Position numbers and translations under genes: made by a program
Notes under the pieces: generated by a model
What the model was told of the DNA's origin: nothing
Seen by the model: only the letters and a program-made list of their open reading frames with translations
Database searches by the model: none
Origin: Gammaproteobacteria bacterium
Lineage (GTDB): Bacteria; Pseudomonadota; Gammaproteobacteria; DAOVJZ01
NCBI GenBank assembly: GCA_029882995.1
Contig: JAOUJV010000001.1
Location: 11,668 to 75,667 of the forward strand
Direction: 5' to 3'
DNA: 64,000 bases
Part shown: piece after piece, positions 19,895 through 30,625 of the stretch
Position numbering within the stretch: the first letter of the stretch is position 1
Layout of the letters: every line of letters begins with the position of its first letter

Positions 19895-21502
19895 TTATTC
19901 CGGATAATTAAATGACAATATGACCTGCGTGCCTTCACCGGGCTCGCTTTCAATAGTCAATGTTGCCTTGATACGTTGTGCGCGTTCCTGCATCACAGAT
20001 TGACCAATATGATGACCTCCAGATGAAAGTGATGTTTCTTCCTCTACAACGCCGACACCATCATCTTCAATCAAAATACGATACTGACCTTTGCCATTAC
20101 AGTGAAGCATAATGCGGGCAGTGTGAGCCTGACTGTGTTTTTTAATATTGGCCAATGATTCCTGAATAATACGTAATATCTGCACTTCATAATCAGGTGG
20201 TAAATCTATATCACGACAATCTTTATGCAAGAACACCTTTATGTCTGTTTGTTTTTCAAACTGACTGACAATTTCCTCAAGTGCCGGCACAAGACCGCGC
20301 TCATCCATTCGAATACGGAAGTGGGACATGAGTTCACGCAATTCTTTGTTGGCATGCTCAAGTCCATTTTCGATTTTTTCAATTTCTTCAAGTGCCATTT
20401 TATTATCTACTTGCTGGAGTGTCATATCGAGCATGCGCACCTGAAAGCGTAAGCTGGCAAAGGTTTGCGCCAGTGAATCATGTAGTTCGTTTGCCAGCAT
20501 GGCGCGTTCCTGCATGATTGAAAGACGCTGTGTTTCATGGTCAAGTCGTGATTTTTCGATTGCCAGCCCCAGATGTCGACCCAGACCGGTTAAGAGTTCC
20601 TGAATATCTTTATCGTTGGCGCTGGAATCTGACTCAACAAATAATTTACAAATGCCGACGTTTTTGTCGTGATGCTGAAGTGGTACTGCAATCATGCGCA
20701 GTAACTTTCCTTTATGCAGGGGTTGCGCAATATTGACGGGATAATTTTTCAGTTTTGTATGGCTGAGGATTTCACCTTCTGAAATCTGGTTACCTATCAT
20801 ACAGGCTTCGGAACTGATTAACTGGAATTTTTCGACAATGTCCTTTTCCAGCCCCTTGCTGGCGAGCAGTTTCAGTTTTCCTTCCGGTGTCAGTAATCGA
20901 ATACTGCCAGCGCGCGCAGACACAATATCCATTAACGTATCAAGCGTTCTTTCAAGCAGGTCATTCAGATCTCGGGATACATTTAATCTGGCTGCGACAT
21001 CATATAACACTTCCAGCGATCGTGTTTTTTGTGCCAGATTGCTGGTTTGCATGGCAACCATTTCATCTACATTATAAACAAGTGCGCTGTATTCCTTGCC
21101 GAAACGATTGAGTTCATCAATCAGATCCCACAGATGGCCTTTCTCATCCTGATCAATTTGTGCAAAGAACTCACCACCATGCATGCTGTGCGCCCATCTT
21201 TGAATGTCACGCAACGGGTGCAATAGATATTTGTATATACGATAGATAATAAGTGCGGTGATACCGAGCAAGCCTATGGTTGCTGTCATTAACAGCGGTA
21301 TGAATATCTCTGTACTGTTATTGTAAAAAACCTGCAGTGAGGCAATGGTGATTACCAGTAACAATAGTGAGAATACGATTAACGGTTGTGCCAGACGTGA
21401 TTTGACTATCCAGTCGTGAATAATATTTCTGGCATCACTGTTTTTTTGCCAGGCATTGACCTGAATTTCAGAATTTACTGGCTTTCCATCGACTGAGGGC
21501 AT
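19895..21502 (-). CDS. narX: NarX/NarQ-like nitrate/nitrite sensor histidine kinase (HisKA_3 + HATPase)
   Basis: Two N-terminal TM helices and H-box ANELHDSLAQTFASLRF. The ATPase domain carries GxGxG boxes. Adjacent to narL. Confidence 0.75.
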   Translation of the reverse strand: MPSVDGKPVNSEIQVNAWQKNSDARNIIHDWIVKSRLAQPLIVFSLLLLVITIASLQVFYNNSTEIFIPLLMTATIGLLGITALIIYRIYKYLLHPLRDIQRWAHSMHGGEFFAQIDQDEKGHLWDLIDELNRFGKEYSALVYNVDEMVAMQTSNLAQKTRSLEVLYDVAARLNVSRDLNDLLERTLDTLMDIVSARAGSIRLLTPEGKLKLLASKGLEKDIVEKFQLISSEACMIGNQISEGEILSHTKLKNYPVNIAQPLHKGKLLRMIAVPLQHHDKNVGICKLFVESDSSANDKDIQELLTGLGRHLGLAIEKSRLDHETQRLSIMQERAMLANELHDSLAQTFASLRFQVRMLDMTLQQVDNKMALEEIEKIENGLEHANKELRELMSHFRIRMDERGLVPALEEIVSQFEKQTDIKVFLHKDCRDIDLPPDYEVQILRIIQESLANIKKHSQAHTARIMLHCNGKGQYRILIEDDGVGVVEEETSLSSGGHHIGQSVMQERAQRIKATLTIESEPGEGTQVILSFNYPE

Positions 21503-21630
21503 AGTGCTACGCTAACTCGTTGTATCAGAAAAGGAATTTTAGCAGATTATGAGGTTTGCGGCTTCAGCCTGTATGTTGCTGTTTTTGTTACCAGAACTGG
21601 CCAAAAATAACTCAGATTCAGAGAGTTACC

Positions 21631-21957
21631 TTAGGTTGAGGTGTTTTCTTCTGATACGGTTTGTTGGGCAGGGTCATTAGGGTTGATAAAAATGAACTGG
21701 AACTCGCCCGGCGTTAACTCAACAAAATCCAGGGTTGTACCACGCAGGAGTGGAACATGTTCGTCATAGATAATCACTTCGATTTCTTCTGAAACCACTT
21801 CCATATCGCTCGGGCCTTTGTCATCAAAACCCATTCCATACTCAATCGCACCTTCCTGATTCTTTTTCGCGGCCAGTCGCAGGGACATTTTTTCCATATT
21901 GCCTTCTTTCGCAGCGGTGCGAATCTGGGCAGCAGCTTGAGGTGTAATCGTAATCAT
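21631..21957 (-). CDS. dsrR: DsrR (IscA/HesB-like A-type carrier homolog lacking the conserved cysteines)
   Basis: Starts MITITPQAAAQIRTAA with an IscA-like fold signature but no Cys. Last gene of the dsr operon, directly after dsrN. Confidence 0.7.
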   Translation of the reverse strand: MITITPQAAAQIRTAAKEGNMEKMSLRLAAKKNQEGAIEYGMGFDDKGPSDMEVVSEEIEVIIYDEHVPLLRGTTLDFVELTPGEFQFIFINPNDPAQQTVSEENTST

Positions 21958-21961
21958 GTGT

Positions 21962-23344
21962 CTATTGTAACCTTTCCTGTTTAATTTTTCGCGCAAAGTT
22001 GATAAATCGTTCAGCCCAATGATTGCTTTCAACATCTCGCAGATGCAAATAGCAGGCTGTCATATTCTTGTGTACGATACCGTCATTTCTGCCATTAACG
22101 CCATATCCACGCAGGATCTTGTAGCTATATCGGGTGTTAATAGGCAGTTTTTCCAGACCTGAGTAATGAAACTCATGCGCTGAATACTCTTTTGATTCCG
22201 ATTCTGAATCCCACAAACCCTTACCGGTTTCGCGTATTCGCACATAACCACGTCCTTGTGGTTTTTCATGCATTACAGTATCGGCCGGTATAACACCGAC
22301 CATGTCGGCGGTCTTGCCGTTCCAGCTTATGGAGCGGGACAGGTACATTAAACCACCACATTCTGCATAAGTCGGTAACCCGGCCTCAATTTTATCGTAA
22401 ATTTCCTTTTTGAGCGATGTGTTGGCTGCCAGAGAGTCCATGTGAGTTTCAGGGAATCCTCCGCCAATAAAGAGGGCATCAATATCAGGGAGGTGAGTAT
22501 CTTTTAAGGTATTGAACGGAACAAATTCAGCGCCGGCATTTTTGAGTGCTTCCAGATCACCGTCATAGTAAAAACCGAATGATTCATCCATGGCAATACC
22601 GAGCTTGATATCGGGGGCATGCGTCTGCACAGACTGTGCTGTGACTGAACTGATATCGGGTGAGGTTTTCTGCGCAATGGCATCGAGGCTATCCAGATCA
22701 ACCTGTTGCTCAATCAGATGACAAATTTCATTAATGCGTTGATCCGATGTTTGTTCCTCGTTACTCGGAATAAGCCCCAGATGACGTTCAACGATATTGA
22801 GTTTTTTATCGTAATGCACAGCACCTAATACTGGCACATCAGTGTAGTGTTCAATGACAGCCCTAAGCTTGGATTCATGCCGTGAACCGCCGAGATTGTT
22901 AAGGATCACACCATTTATATTAATGTCCTTGTCGAAATCCTGATAACCACGAATAAGTGGTGCAACACCACGCGTCATACCACGTGCATCTATCACCAGA
23001 ATAACCGGTGCCTTTAGAAGATGGGCAAGGGCGGCATTACTATTACTGCCGTCCAGATCGAGACCGTCATAGAGTCCTTTGTTGCCTTCGATAATACTGA
23101 TATCAGACTGGGTGTCGAAGCGATTAAACGTAGCGAGAATTTCTTCATTCGACATGAGGTAAAAATCGAGATTATGACAAGGGCGATTTGCCGCCTTTTT
23201 CAGCCACATGGGATCAATATAATCCGGGCCTTTTTTAAAGGGCTGAACAATTTTTCCACGTCGGGTAAAAGCAGCACACAGGCCAAGCGACACGGTAGTT
23301 TTACCGGATGATTTATGTGCGGCTGAAATGAGCAGTCGGGACAT
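21962..23344 (-). CDS. dsrN: DsrN, cobyrinic acid a,c-diamide synthase (CbiA/CobB) homolog (siroheme amidase)
   Basis: 460 aa with a P-loop SSGKTTVSLGL and a C-terminal glutamine amidotransferase domain. Position in the dsr operon. Confidence 0.85.
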   Translation of the reverse strand: MSRLLISAAHKSSGKTTVSLGLCAAFTRRGKIVQPFKKGPDYIDPMWLKKAANRPCHNLDFYLMSNEEILATFNRFDTQSDISIIEGNKGLYDGLDLDGSNSNAALAHLLKAPVILVIDARGMTRGVAPLIRGYQDFDKDININGVILNNLGGSRHESKLRAVIEHYTDVPVLGAVHYDKKLNIVERHLGLIPSNEEQTSDQRINEICHLIEQQVDLDSLDAIAQKTSPDISSVTAQSVQTHAPDIKLGIAMDESFGFYYDGDLEALKNAGAEFVPFNTLKDTHLPDIDALFIGGGFPETHMDSLAANTSLKKEIYDKIEAGLPTYAECGGLMYLSRSISWNGKTADMVGVIPADTVMHEKPQGRGYVRIRETGKGLWDSESESKEYSAHEFHYSGLEKLPINTRYSYKILRGYGVNGRNDGIVHKNMTACYLHLRDVESNHWAERFINFARKIKQERLQ

Positions 23345-23443
23345 GGTGTCTTGTTTCCTGTTATAAGTTATTTACAGCCTTTCGATAGCTGCGGGTCTCA
23401 GACAAAAGACCGTATTAACAGGAACTAAGTATAGTACGTATGA

Positions 23444-24652
23444 TTACGCTGTTTTATGGTGAGGGTCTACGTCTGAATCAGCCAAAGAAGCAGGCAGGAA
23501 TGGCATTATTTTGATAGCGAATGTCACTGCTGCCAATGCCAGTGCAATACCACCAATACCAAGTCCGATTTCATAAATGCTTGGTGTGTAGCTGTTGATG
23601 ACACCATCATAAAATGAGCTGGTTATTTCCTTGCCTGGGAACAGTATCAATGGATAGGCTTGTCCACCAATGATAATGGTATACATAAGTGCAAGACCAC
23701 CAAGAACAACCAGTATCGCGCCTAATGCAACCAGTGTGCGATTCTTACCCATTGGGCTATAAAAAATGGCAAGCGGAATGAGACCACCGATGACAACAGC
23801 ACCCAACCAGAATATCTGTGTATAAATTCCGCCATTCATCAGAATAAAGGCTTCAACACCATGGTGTTCAGTGGCATATAGATTAGTCAGATGATAGGCC
23901 AGCAGGAAGTAGAGCACAGCGGCCACAAACACGCCCAGCAGGTTCTTCAGTCGATGGAAGACAGCATCGCCCAGTTGACGACCTGTCCAGCCATAGGCGG
24001 CCATAAGAACCAGCATAAAGATAGCCAGACCATATGAGAATGACATGATAATAAACATCGGGGCCATAATGGCAGCATCATAACCCTGACGAGCAACAAG
24101 GAAGCCAAAGATAGAACCAGTACCTGTTGTCAGGATAAGACGCCAGATAAAGGCGCTGACACCGGCTTTATGTGAATGTTTGTTCATGCGGCGTTCCATC
24201 ATGGTCCAGAGATAAATGGCCACAATTACGAAAAAGCCGTTATACAGAATAATGTTCCAGGCAAAAATAGATTTGAAATTATAATTGGTCATCGCAACGA
24301 TCAGGCGATCAGGGCGACCTAAATCAAGCACCAGTACCGCCAGCCCGCCTGCCAGCAATGTAAGGGCAAGTAATGCAGACAGTCTGCTCAAAGGTTTATA
24401 CATTGGTTTACCAAACACAGACGCAATGGATGCAACATTAAGTGCACCGGATGCAGCGACAATCAGGAACACAGCAAAAACGTGAGGAGTGCCCCAGACG
24501 ATCTGGTTATTCATGCCAGAGATATAGTGACCATGGTGCTCCATCATATAGAAGGCAATGCCGGCCAGACCCATAATGGCACCAAAGATGGCTAACAAGG
24601 CCCAGTAACCTAAACTGTCGCCTTCAATGGAGGTATAAGTAACATGTTTCAT
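23444..24652 (-). CDS. dsrP: DsrP, NrfD-type integral membrane protein of the DsrMKJOP complex
   Basis: 402 aa polytopic membrane protein following dsrO. Confidence 0.85.
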   Translation of the reverse strand: MKHVTYTSIEGDSLGYWALLAIFGAIMGLAGIAFYMMEHHGHYISGMNNQIVWGTPHVFAVFLIVAASGALNVASIASVFGKPMYKPLSRLSALLALTLLAGGLAVLVLDLGRPDRLIVAMTNYNFKSIFAWNIILYNGFFVIVAIYLWTMMERRMNKHSHKAGVSAFIWRLILTTGTGSIFGFLVARQGYDAAIMAPMFIIMSFSYGLAIFMLVLMAAYGWTGRQLGDAVFHRLKNLLGVFVAAVLYFLLAYHLTNLYATEHHGVEAFILMNGGIYTQIFWLGAVVIGGLIPLAIFYSPMGKNRTLVALGAILVVLGGLALMYTIIIGGQAYPLILFPGKEITSSFYDGVINSYTPSIYEIGLGIGGIALALAAVTFAIKIMPFLPASLADSDVDPHHKTA

Positions 24653-24676
24653 AAATATCTCCGGAATCCCTGTTTA

Positions 24677-25444
24677 TTATATGCCGCGGTAACGAACACC
24701 AGTGTTCAAACCAAGGTCGGCGCGAATCTGAGCACTGTTGTACTCGCGCAGTTGTTTTGATATTTCGCTGTTAGGGTCATTCAAGTTACCAAACACAATC
24801 GCGTTATGACCGGCTTTTGAACAGGCTTCCGCACAGGCTGTAGTACGACCGGCATCGACACGGTGGACACACATAGTGCAGGATTCAACAGTTCCCTTGC
24901 CACGTGGTGCATGTTCTTTTTGATCAGTAATAGTCTCGTGTATGAATGAACGTGCTTTATACGGGCAGGCCATCATGCAATATCGACAGCCGATACAGAT
25001 ATGCTTGTCTACAAGCACGATACCATCCGCACGTTTCATTGAAGCGCCAGTTGGGCAAACATCGACACAAGGTGGTGTTTCGCAATGCTGACACATCACA
25101 GGCAAGCTGGTTGTTTTGCCGGTTTGATTGTCTTTTAAATCAACTTTTCGAATCCATTGTGGATCTGTAAGAGGGCGATCATTTGTGCCAACACCGTTTT
25201 CGGTATGGCATGCAGTGACACAGTCATTACAGTCAGAAGCACATTTATTGGCATCAATCAGCATTCCCCAACGGTTTTCACTTGATGCACCTTTACCGTC
25301 AATTTTGACTGACTCACCAACATGCGCATGAGCTACAGAGTAGAGCATGACGCCGGGTGCGATAGCTACAGTTGCAGCTGCACCGGTTGCTTTACCTAAA
25401 AATTCACGTCTGTTCGGGTCGTGTTTTTTTACGTTGCTACTCAT
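24677..25444 (-). CDS. dsrO: DsrO, periplasmic ferredoxin-like FeS protein with Tat signal
   Basis: RREFLGKATGAAA twin-arginine motif and multiple CxxCxxCxxxCP clusters. Confidence 0.85.
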   Translation of the reverse strand: MSSNVKKHDPNRREFLGKATGAAATVAIAPGVMLYSVAHAHVGESVKIDGKGASSENRWGMLIDANKCASDCNDCVTACHTENGVGTNDRPLTDPQWIRKVDLKDNQTGKTTSLPVMCQHCETPPCVDVCPTGASMKRADGIVLVDKHICIGCRYCMMACPYKARSFIHETITDQKEHAPRGKGTVESCTMCVHRVDAGRTTACAEACSKAGHNAIVFGNLNDPNSEISKQLREYNSAQIRADLGLNTGVRYRGI

Positions 25445-25447
25445 ATA

Positions 25448-25909
25448 TTAATTATCCGTTGTGTTCTGGTTCTGGACCAGTTTATTTAACAGAACCGAGT
25501 CATTGTCGTTATGAGAATGACTCATATCATGCGAGCCTTGTTGAGGCTTTGTTGCATGACACTCGAAACAGTCAAGTTTGACGCTGGCATAACTGTGACA
25601 GCTTTGACAGAACTGACCTTCATCTGTAATCGAAACAAATTGTCCTGCATCGTCTTTCTTGGCATGGCAGGCAATACATTCTTTAAGGCTGAATTCCTTT
25701 GTGCGTACACCTTCGCGCAATGTCTTGTCACGCTTGTGCGACAGATAATGCATGTGGTTTTTACGCATATCATCAGCAGGTCTAACGCATTGCTCACCTT
25801 TGCCCTTGGTGATTTCAGGCATTGGAACACGACTGTTCTCGGCAACTGCTGGCAGACTGGCAAAAACCAGTCCGAGCAGCGCGATAAAAAATAGTCGTAT
25901 ATTTTTCAT
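25448..25909 (-). CDS. dsrJ: DsrJ, triheme periplasmic cytochrome c
   Basis: Start MKNIRLFFIALLG (signal peptide) chosen because the longer ORF would overlap dsrL. Three heme sites CIACH, CQSCH, CFECH. Confidence 0.8.
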   Translation of the reverse strand: MKNIRLFFIALLGLVFASLPAVAENSRVPMPEITKGKGEQCVRPADDMRKNHMHYLSHKRDKTLREGVRTKEFSLKECIACHAKKDDAGQFVSITDEGQFCQSCHSYASVKLDCFECHATKPQQGSHDMSHSHNDNDSVLLNKLVQNQNTTDN

Positions 25910-25910
25910 T

Positions 25911-27908
25911 TTATTCACCAAGACCCATCTGGATATAGCCAGTCGGGCAGACTTCAGCACAGATGTGACAACCGATACAGCGGTTGTAGTCAGTGTAAAC
26001 ATAACGACCCATTGTTGATTCGTTCTTCGGTGTTTTGTGAACGGCATCTTGTGGGCAGTAGATGACACAGTTGTCACACTCAAAACACATACCACAGCTC
26101 ATACAACGACCAGCTTCGGCTTGTGCCTGTTCTTCTGTCAGACCTTCTACACGTTCTTCAAAGTGACCAAGGACTTCTTCTGAAGATGGAACATTCTCTA
26201 CACGCTTGTTGCGTTCTTCAAATGAGAAGTGACCAAGGAAAAGATCCTTCGCCTTGATGATTTGACTGCCTGAACGGTCATCATAGTTATGTACCGCGTA
26301 ACCACCAACAGCCTTACCTTCTTCTGAAGTACCGCGACGACCACGATCAATGGCGCGTACACTTGGATCACCTTCGGGATCAAACTGAGCTGGCTCATGA
26401 CCGGTTTCACGTAGTTTGTCGAGTAGATTGAAGTGGTGCACATCTACTTTTGGACGTTTGCCAGTTGCTTCATTCTTGAAGTAATGATCAATGCTGTCTG
26501 CAGCAACCGATGCCTGACCAATCACAGTAGTGAGCAGGTGAGGGCGTACAATATCACCACATACAAAATAACCTGGCTTGTTAGGAACCTGGAAGTGGCT
26601 ATCAGCGTCAATCAGACCGCGATCATTACCAAAGCTTTCAAATCCTTCAAGATTACCGGACTGACCAATAGCAGAAACAATCAGTTCAGCAGGGATATCA
26701 AATTCTGAACCTTCAATAACTTCACCCTTGCCATTGGAGTAATCCATCTTGGCAACACGCAGGGCAGTCGCGCGACCGTCTGCACCCATGATAACTTCAA
26801 CCGGGTTCAGCGAGCCCTGAATTTCAACACCTTCACGCAGTGCATCATCAATTTCATGTTGTGCAGCGTTCATTTTTTCAATTGGCTGACGTGAAATCAG
26901 CATTACTTCGGCACCGGATTTCTTCGCAACAGTAGCTGCATCATGTGCAGTCTGTCCAAGAATAATATGCTCGGCACGTTCATTTTCATTTTTAGCTGTG
27001 ATGTTACCGATACGACGGGCAACAGAGGCAACGTCGATAGATGTATCACCACCACCGACAACAACTACCTTGCCGGAAACAGCTTGCAGACGGCCTTCGT
27101 TAAATGCAGCCAGGAAAGAGACGCCGCTAATACAGTTAACAGCATCAGCGCCTGGAATTGGCAGACCACGACCAGCTTGTGCGCCAATAGCAAACAGAAC
27201 CGCATCAAATTCTTTTTCGATATCTTCAAGTTTGACGTCTGTACCAACACGAGTGTTCATGCGTGTTTCAACACCCATATCGATAATACGGTTCATTTCA
27301 CCATGAAGAACATCACGTGGAGTACGGTAACCAGGAATTCCGTACATCATCATTCCGCCGAGTTCCTTGTGATCGTCAAAAATAGTGGCGCCATGACCCA
27401 TGCGACGTAATTGATAGGCCGCGGCCAGACCAGCAGGACCACCACCTATAATGGCTACTTTTTTACCTGTGTCTTTTCCAGCAGTGAACTTCAGCTTGTT
27501 TTCTAGCGCTGAGTCACCAATAAACTGTTCGATAGAGTTGATTCCAACAAAATCTTCAACTTCATTACGATTACAACCATCCTGACATGGTGCCGGACAA
27601 ACACGACCCATAACAGACGGGAACGGGTTGGCATTGGTTGAACGACGGAATGCATATTCCTGCCAGCTCATGTCACCTGTTGGTTTTTCTATACCACGAA
27701 CAATATTCAACCAGCCGCGAATATCTTCACCTGAAGGACAACTGCCCTGACAAGGTGGTGTCTGGTGAATATAGGTCGGGCATTTGTGAGAAGTATCTGC
27801 GACAAAAATCTTGTCATGCATTGATCCCCACTGATGATCGCCATCCTCATATTTACGAAATGTAAATCCTTCGAGGTTCTTTTCCATATCTTTCTTTGAA
27901 GTTGCCAT
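25911..27908 (-). CDS. dsrL: DsrL, NAD(P)H:acceptor oxidoreductase (GltD-like flavoprotein with FeS and ferredoxin domains)
   Basis: 665 aa with GGGPAGLAAA dinucleotide motifs and C-terminal CIGCHICAEVCP. Confidence 0.85.
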   Translation of the reverse strand: MATSKKDMEKNLEGFTFRKYEDGDHQWGSMHDKIFVADTSHKCPTYIHQTPPCQGSCPSGEDIRGWLNIVRGIEKPTGDMSWQEYAFRRSTNANPFPSVMGRVCPAPCQDGCNRNEVEDFVGINSIEQFIGDSALENKLKFTAGKDTGKKVAIIGGGPAGLAAAYQLRRMGHGATIFDDHKELGGMMMYGIPGYRTPRDVLHGEMNRIIDMGVETRMNTRVGTDVKLEDIEKEFDAVLFAIGAQAGRGLPIPGADAVNCISGVSFLAAFNEGRLQAVSGKVVVVGGGDTSIDVASVARRIGNITAKNENERAEHIILGQTAHDAATVAKKSGAEVMLISRQPIEKMNAAQHEIDDALREGVEIQGSLNPVEVIMGADGRATALRVAKMDYSNGKGEVIEGSEFDIPAELIVSAIGQSGNLEGFESFGNDRGLIDADSHFQVPNKPGYFVCGDIVRPHLLTTVIGQASVAADSIDHYFKNEATGKRPKVDVHHFNLLDKLRETGHEPAQFDPEGDPSVRAIDRGRRGTSEEGKAVGGYAVHNYDDRSGSQIIKAKDLFLGHFSFEERNKRVENVPSSEEVLGHFEERVEGLTEEQAQAEAGRCMSCGMCFECDNCVIYCPQDAVHKTPKNESTMGRYVYTDYNRCIGCHICAEVCPTGYIQMGLGE

Positions 27909-27941
27909 GTTTTCTTCTCCTACTATCAGGAAAACTATAAG

Positions 27942-29441
27942 TTATTCTTTGGTTCCCAGCTGAATAGCATTGCTAACCAGCGCATGCAAACTGCCAATCA
28001 TGTGCATAGGGAAATTGTAATAGGGTAATGTTTTGCTGAACTGACTCTTGCAAATCGCGCAAATTGCGACGAGATGATTGACGTCATGATCATCAACAAC
28101 CTGTTTTAGTGCCTGCATACGTGGCATTGCACCTTTCACACGTAATTCCATAAGGTCATCAGTCAACAGACCGCCGCCACCGCCACAACAGAAGGTGCTT
28201 TCGTGAATTGTTTCAGGAGCCATATCAAAGAAATTATTGGCCACTGCTTTAATTACTTCACGCGGAAGTTTGAATTGACCGCCTGGCATATTACCCATGC
28301 GTGAGGCACGTGCAACATTACAGGAGTCATGGAAAGTGATTCTGAGATGATCGTTGGCTGATTTATCAAAATTAAGAGCGCCACGCTGGATCAAATCATG
28401 TGTTACCTCAACAATGTGTTGGGGAACCGGATATTTGGGGTCAAGAAAATCAAACGGACCTGCCAGTGTATTCAGGAAGCTGTATGCAACACGCCATGCG
28501 TGACCACATTCACCAATAACGATACGTTTAACTTTTAGTTCAATTGCCGCCTCACGAATACGCATGGCAACCTTGCGCATGTTGTCATAACTGCCGATAA
28601 ACATACCAAAGTTTGCTGCTTCAGAAGCATGAGAACTGACAGTCCAGCTGATACCCGCCTGATGGAAGACCTTGCCATAACCAATCAATCCGTCAACATG
28701 TGGTTCTGCAAAGAAGTCAGCAGAAGGGGTGACCAGTAATACATCAGCACCTACGACATCAACAGGATACTTAACATCTATTCCAGTGTCGTCCTTAACT
28801 TCTTCTTCCAGGCCTTCCATTGTATCTATGAGAGCAGGACCCGGCAGACCAAGGTTGTTACCAATCTTGTATACCTTGCCAATAATTTCATTACAGTATT
28901 TTTGACCCATGCCAATGCTATCAAGAATTTCACGTGCTGCCATTGATACTTCGGCAGTATCAATACCGTAAGGACAGAAGACAGAACAACGACGGCATTG
29001 TGAGCATTGATGGAAATAACTGTACCAGTCATCAAGCACTTCTTTGGTTAAGTCGACCGCACCAACCAGTTTTGGAAAATACTTGCCGGCAAAGGTGAAA
29101 TAACGACGATAAACAGCACGCAACAGGTCCTGACGTGCTACAGGCATGTTTTTCGGATCACCAGTACCGAGGAAGTAGTGACACTTGTCAGTACAGGCAC
29201 CACACTTTACGCAACTATCCAGGTATACCTGCAGACTGCGATATTTCTTTAAAAGCTCGCCCATCTTGGCGATAACTTTGTCTTTCCAGTCATCAGGTAG
29301 CTCGCCGGGAAAGCCGAGATCTTCCTGAAACTCTGCCTTGGCAATAAACGGTTTGCTGTGCGCCATTGAACCGACCTGTATTGCCGGTATCTCAGGGAAT
29401 TCCTTCAGTTCTGGAGTTTCAAATTCAGCCTTCGCCACCAT
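27942..29441 (-). CDS. dsrK: DsrK, HdrD-like catalytic FeS subunit (CCG domains)
   Basis: 499 aa with Cys-rich CCG motifs (CxxCxxC..., FCCGGGGG). Confidence 0.88.
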   Translation of the reverse strand: MVAKAEFETPELKEFPEIPAIQVGSMAHSKPFIAKAEFQEDLGFPGELPDDWKDKVIAKMGELLKKYRSLQVYLDSCVKCGACTDKCHYFLGTGDPKNMPVARQDLLRAVYRRYFTFAGKYFPKLVGAVDLTKEVLDDWYSYFHQCSQCRRCSVFCPYGIDTAEVSMAAREILDSIGMGQKYCNEIIGKVYKIGNNLGLPGPALIDTMEGLEEEVKDDTGIDVKYPVDVVGADVLLVTPSADFFAEPHVDGLIGYGKVFHQAGISWTVSSHASEAANFGMFIGSYDNMRKVAMRIREAAIELKVKRIVIGECGHAWRVAYSFLNTLAGPFDFLDPKYPVPQHIVEVTHDLIQRGALNFDKSANDHLRITFHDSCNVARASRMGNMPGGQFKLPREVIKAVANNFFDMAPETIHESTFCCGGGGGLLTDDLMELRVKGAMPRMQALKQVVDDHDVNHLVAICAICKSQFSKTLPYYNFPMHMIGSLHALVSNAIQLGTKE

Positions 29442-29448
29442 GAGCTCC

Positions 29449-30183
29449 TTAGTTCTTTGATTCCAGTTGTGCTGCCCAGGGAGATAAATGGCGCTGTTCG
29501 CGTGGGTTATCTACCTGATTACGTGTTGGACTAAAGAAAACGCCCGGTGCGTGAAGCAACTTACTGATAGGGAAAATAATCATGAGTAATGCAACTGACG
29601 CCAGATGAACCATAAGAATTGGATCTTCAGGCATTGGTTGAATATCAAAATAAACAAGACCCAGTGTATAGGCCTTAACAGCAACAATGTCAGTGTGCTC
29701 AACAAACTTCATCAGCAACCCGGTTACAGCGATACCAATAATAAGGAGCAGCATAAGATAATCAGACGGGGCTGAAATGTAGCGAATACGCTCTACAAAA
29801 ATACGGCGGCCAAACAGACCGATAAGGCCAATCAACATGCCAAACCCGGCGTAAATACCGATTGGCTGTATCAATGTAATCAGGCCTGCAACTGGCTCCA
29901 TGAAATAACGTAAGTGACGAGCAAGTACCGCCCACATTGCCATGTGGAAAGTCCATCCGAAAAGCCATATCCATTTATTGGACTTAAACAGGCTCTCAAA
30001 CAGAATAACTTCTCGCAACAATCTGTAAACAACACCTGATCTTGTCGTTGGAGCAGGGGTTGTAGGAATCTTTAAAGGCGCCGGGGCCGAAGCAAATATA
30101 TATATTTTACGAGCAACACCCACAATAAGGATTGCTGTCGCAAAATAAAATAAAACTGTATATATAGTCGTTATCAATGACAT
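29449..30183 (-). CDS. dsrM: DsrM, membrane di-heme cytochrome b (NarI/HdrE-like)
   Basis: ATG at 30183 (MSLITTIYT) preceded by a GGAG RBS. The longer ORF extension is implausible. ~244 aa, five TM helices. Confidence 0.8.
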   Translation of the reverse strand: MSLITTIYTVLFYFATAILIVGVARKIYIFASAPAPLKIPTTPAPTTRSGVVYRLLREVILFESLFKSNKWIWLFGWTFHMAMWAVLARHLRYFMEPVAGLITLIQPIGIYAGFGMLIGLIGLFGRRIFVERIRYISAPSDYLMLLLIIGIAVTGLLMKFVEHTDIVAVKAYTLGLVYFDIQPMPEDPILMVHLASVALLMIIFPISKLLHAPGVFFSPTRNQVDNPREQRHLSPWAAQLESKN

Positions 30184-30253
30184 CTGGTCATGATCTCCGC
30201 GCAAAATTAGAAGCGGGGGCAGTGTTTTTGCCCCCGATATCAATAGGCTGTGA

Positions 30254-30589
30254 TTATACGCAACCTGTTGGCTTTGGAAGGCCAGCGTACTTACATGCTT
30301 GCTTCGCAGGGCCGTATGGGAACAGTTCGTACAGGTACTTGCTGTTACCTTTATCTGGACCCAGTTTCTTGCCAATTGCCTTGGTCAGAACGCGAACCGC
30401 AGGAGCAATTTGATATTCTTCATAATATTCACGCAGGAAATTAATAACTTCCATATGGTTATCGGTCAGCTCACAGTCATCCAGCTTGGCCATTGCTTCA
30501 CCAATTTCCATAGTCCAATCAGCACGGTTTTCCAGATAACCTTCTTCATCTACTGCAATACTTTTACCGCCAACTTCAATAGTAGCCAT
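30254..30589 (-). CDS. dsrC: DsrC, sulfur-carrier substrate of DsrAB/DsrK
   Basis: 111 aa ending [13 protein letters not shown] with both conserved C-terminal cysteines. Confidence 0.92.
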   Translation of the reverse strand: MATIEVGGKSIAVDEEGYLENRADWTMEIGEAMAKLDDCELTDNHMEVINFLREYYEEYQIAPAVRVLTKAIGKKLGPDKGNSKYLYELFPYGPAKQACKYAGLPKPTGCV

Positions 30590-30625
30590 GTTTAAATCTC
30601 CTCATCAACAAAACAAATTATTCAA

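Noticed and set aside
21631-22035. Full 134 aa ORF overlapping the dsrN 3' end as the dsrR gene
   Set aside because: The ORF start overlaps dsrN by ~75 nt. The conserved IscA-like sequence begins at the internal Met (MITITP), giving a non-overlapping 108 aa product.
25511-26018. Plus-strand ORFs of 88-127 aa antisense to dsrJ/dsrL, and many other 60-180 aa antisense ORFs throughout the window (e.g. 13716-14339, 60082-60636)
   Set aside because: They lie entirely within well-supported genes on the opposite strand and show no motifs. They are typical spurious ORFs.
25910-26095. Long N-terminal extension of dsrJ (start at 26095) and of dsrM (start at 30375), dsrB (32914) and dsrA (34251)
   Set aside because: The extensions overlap the upstream genes or lack an RBS. 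Internal ATGs with GGAG-type Shine-Dalgarno sequences give products of the expected sizes (with a signal peptide for DsrJ).
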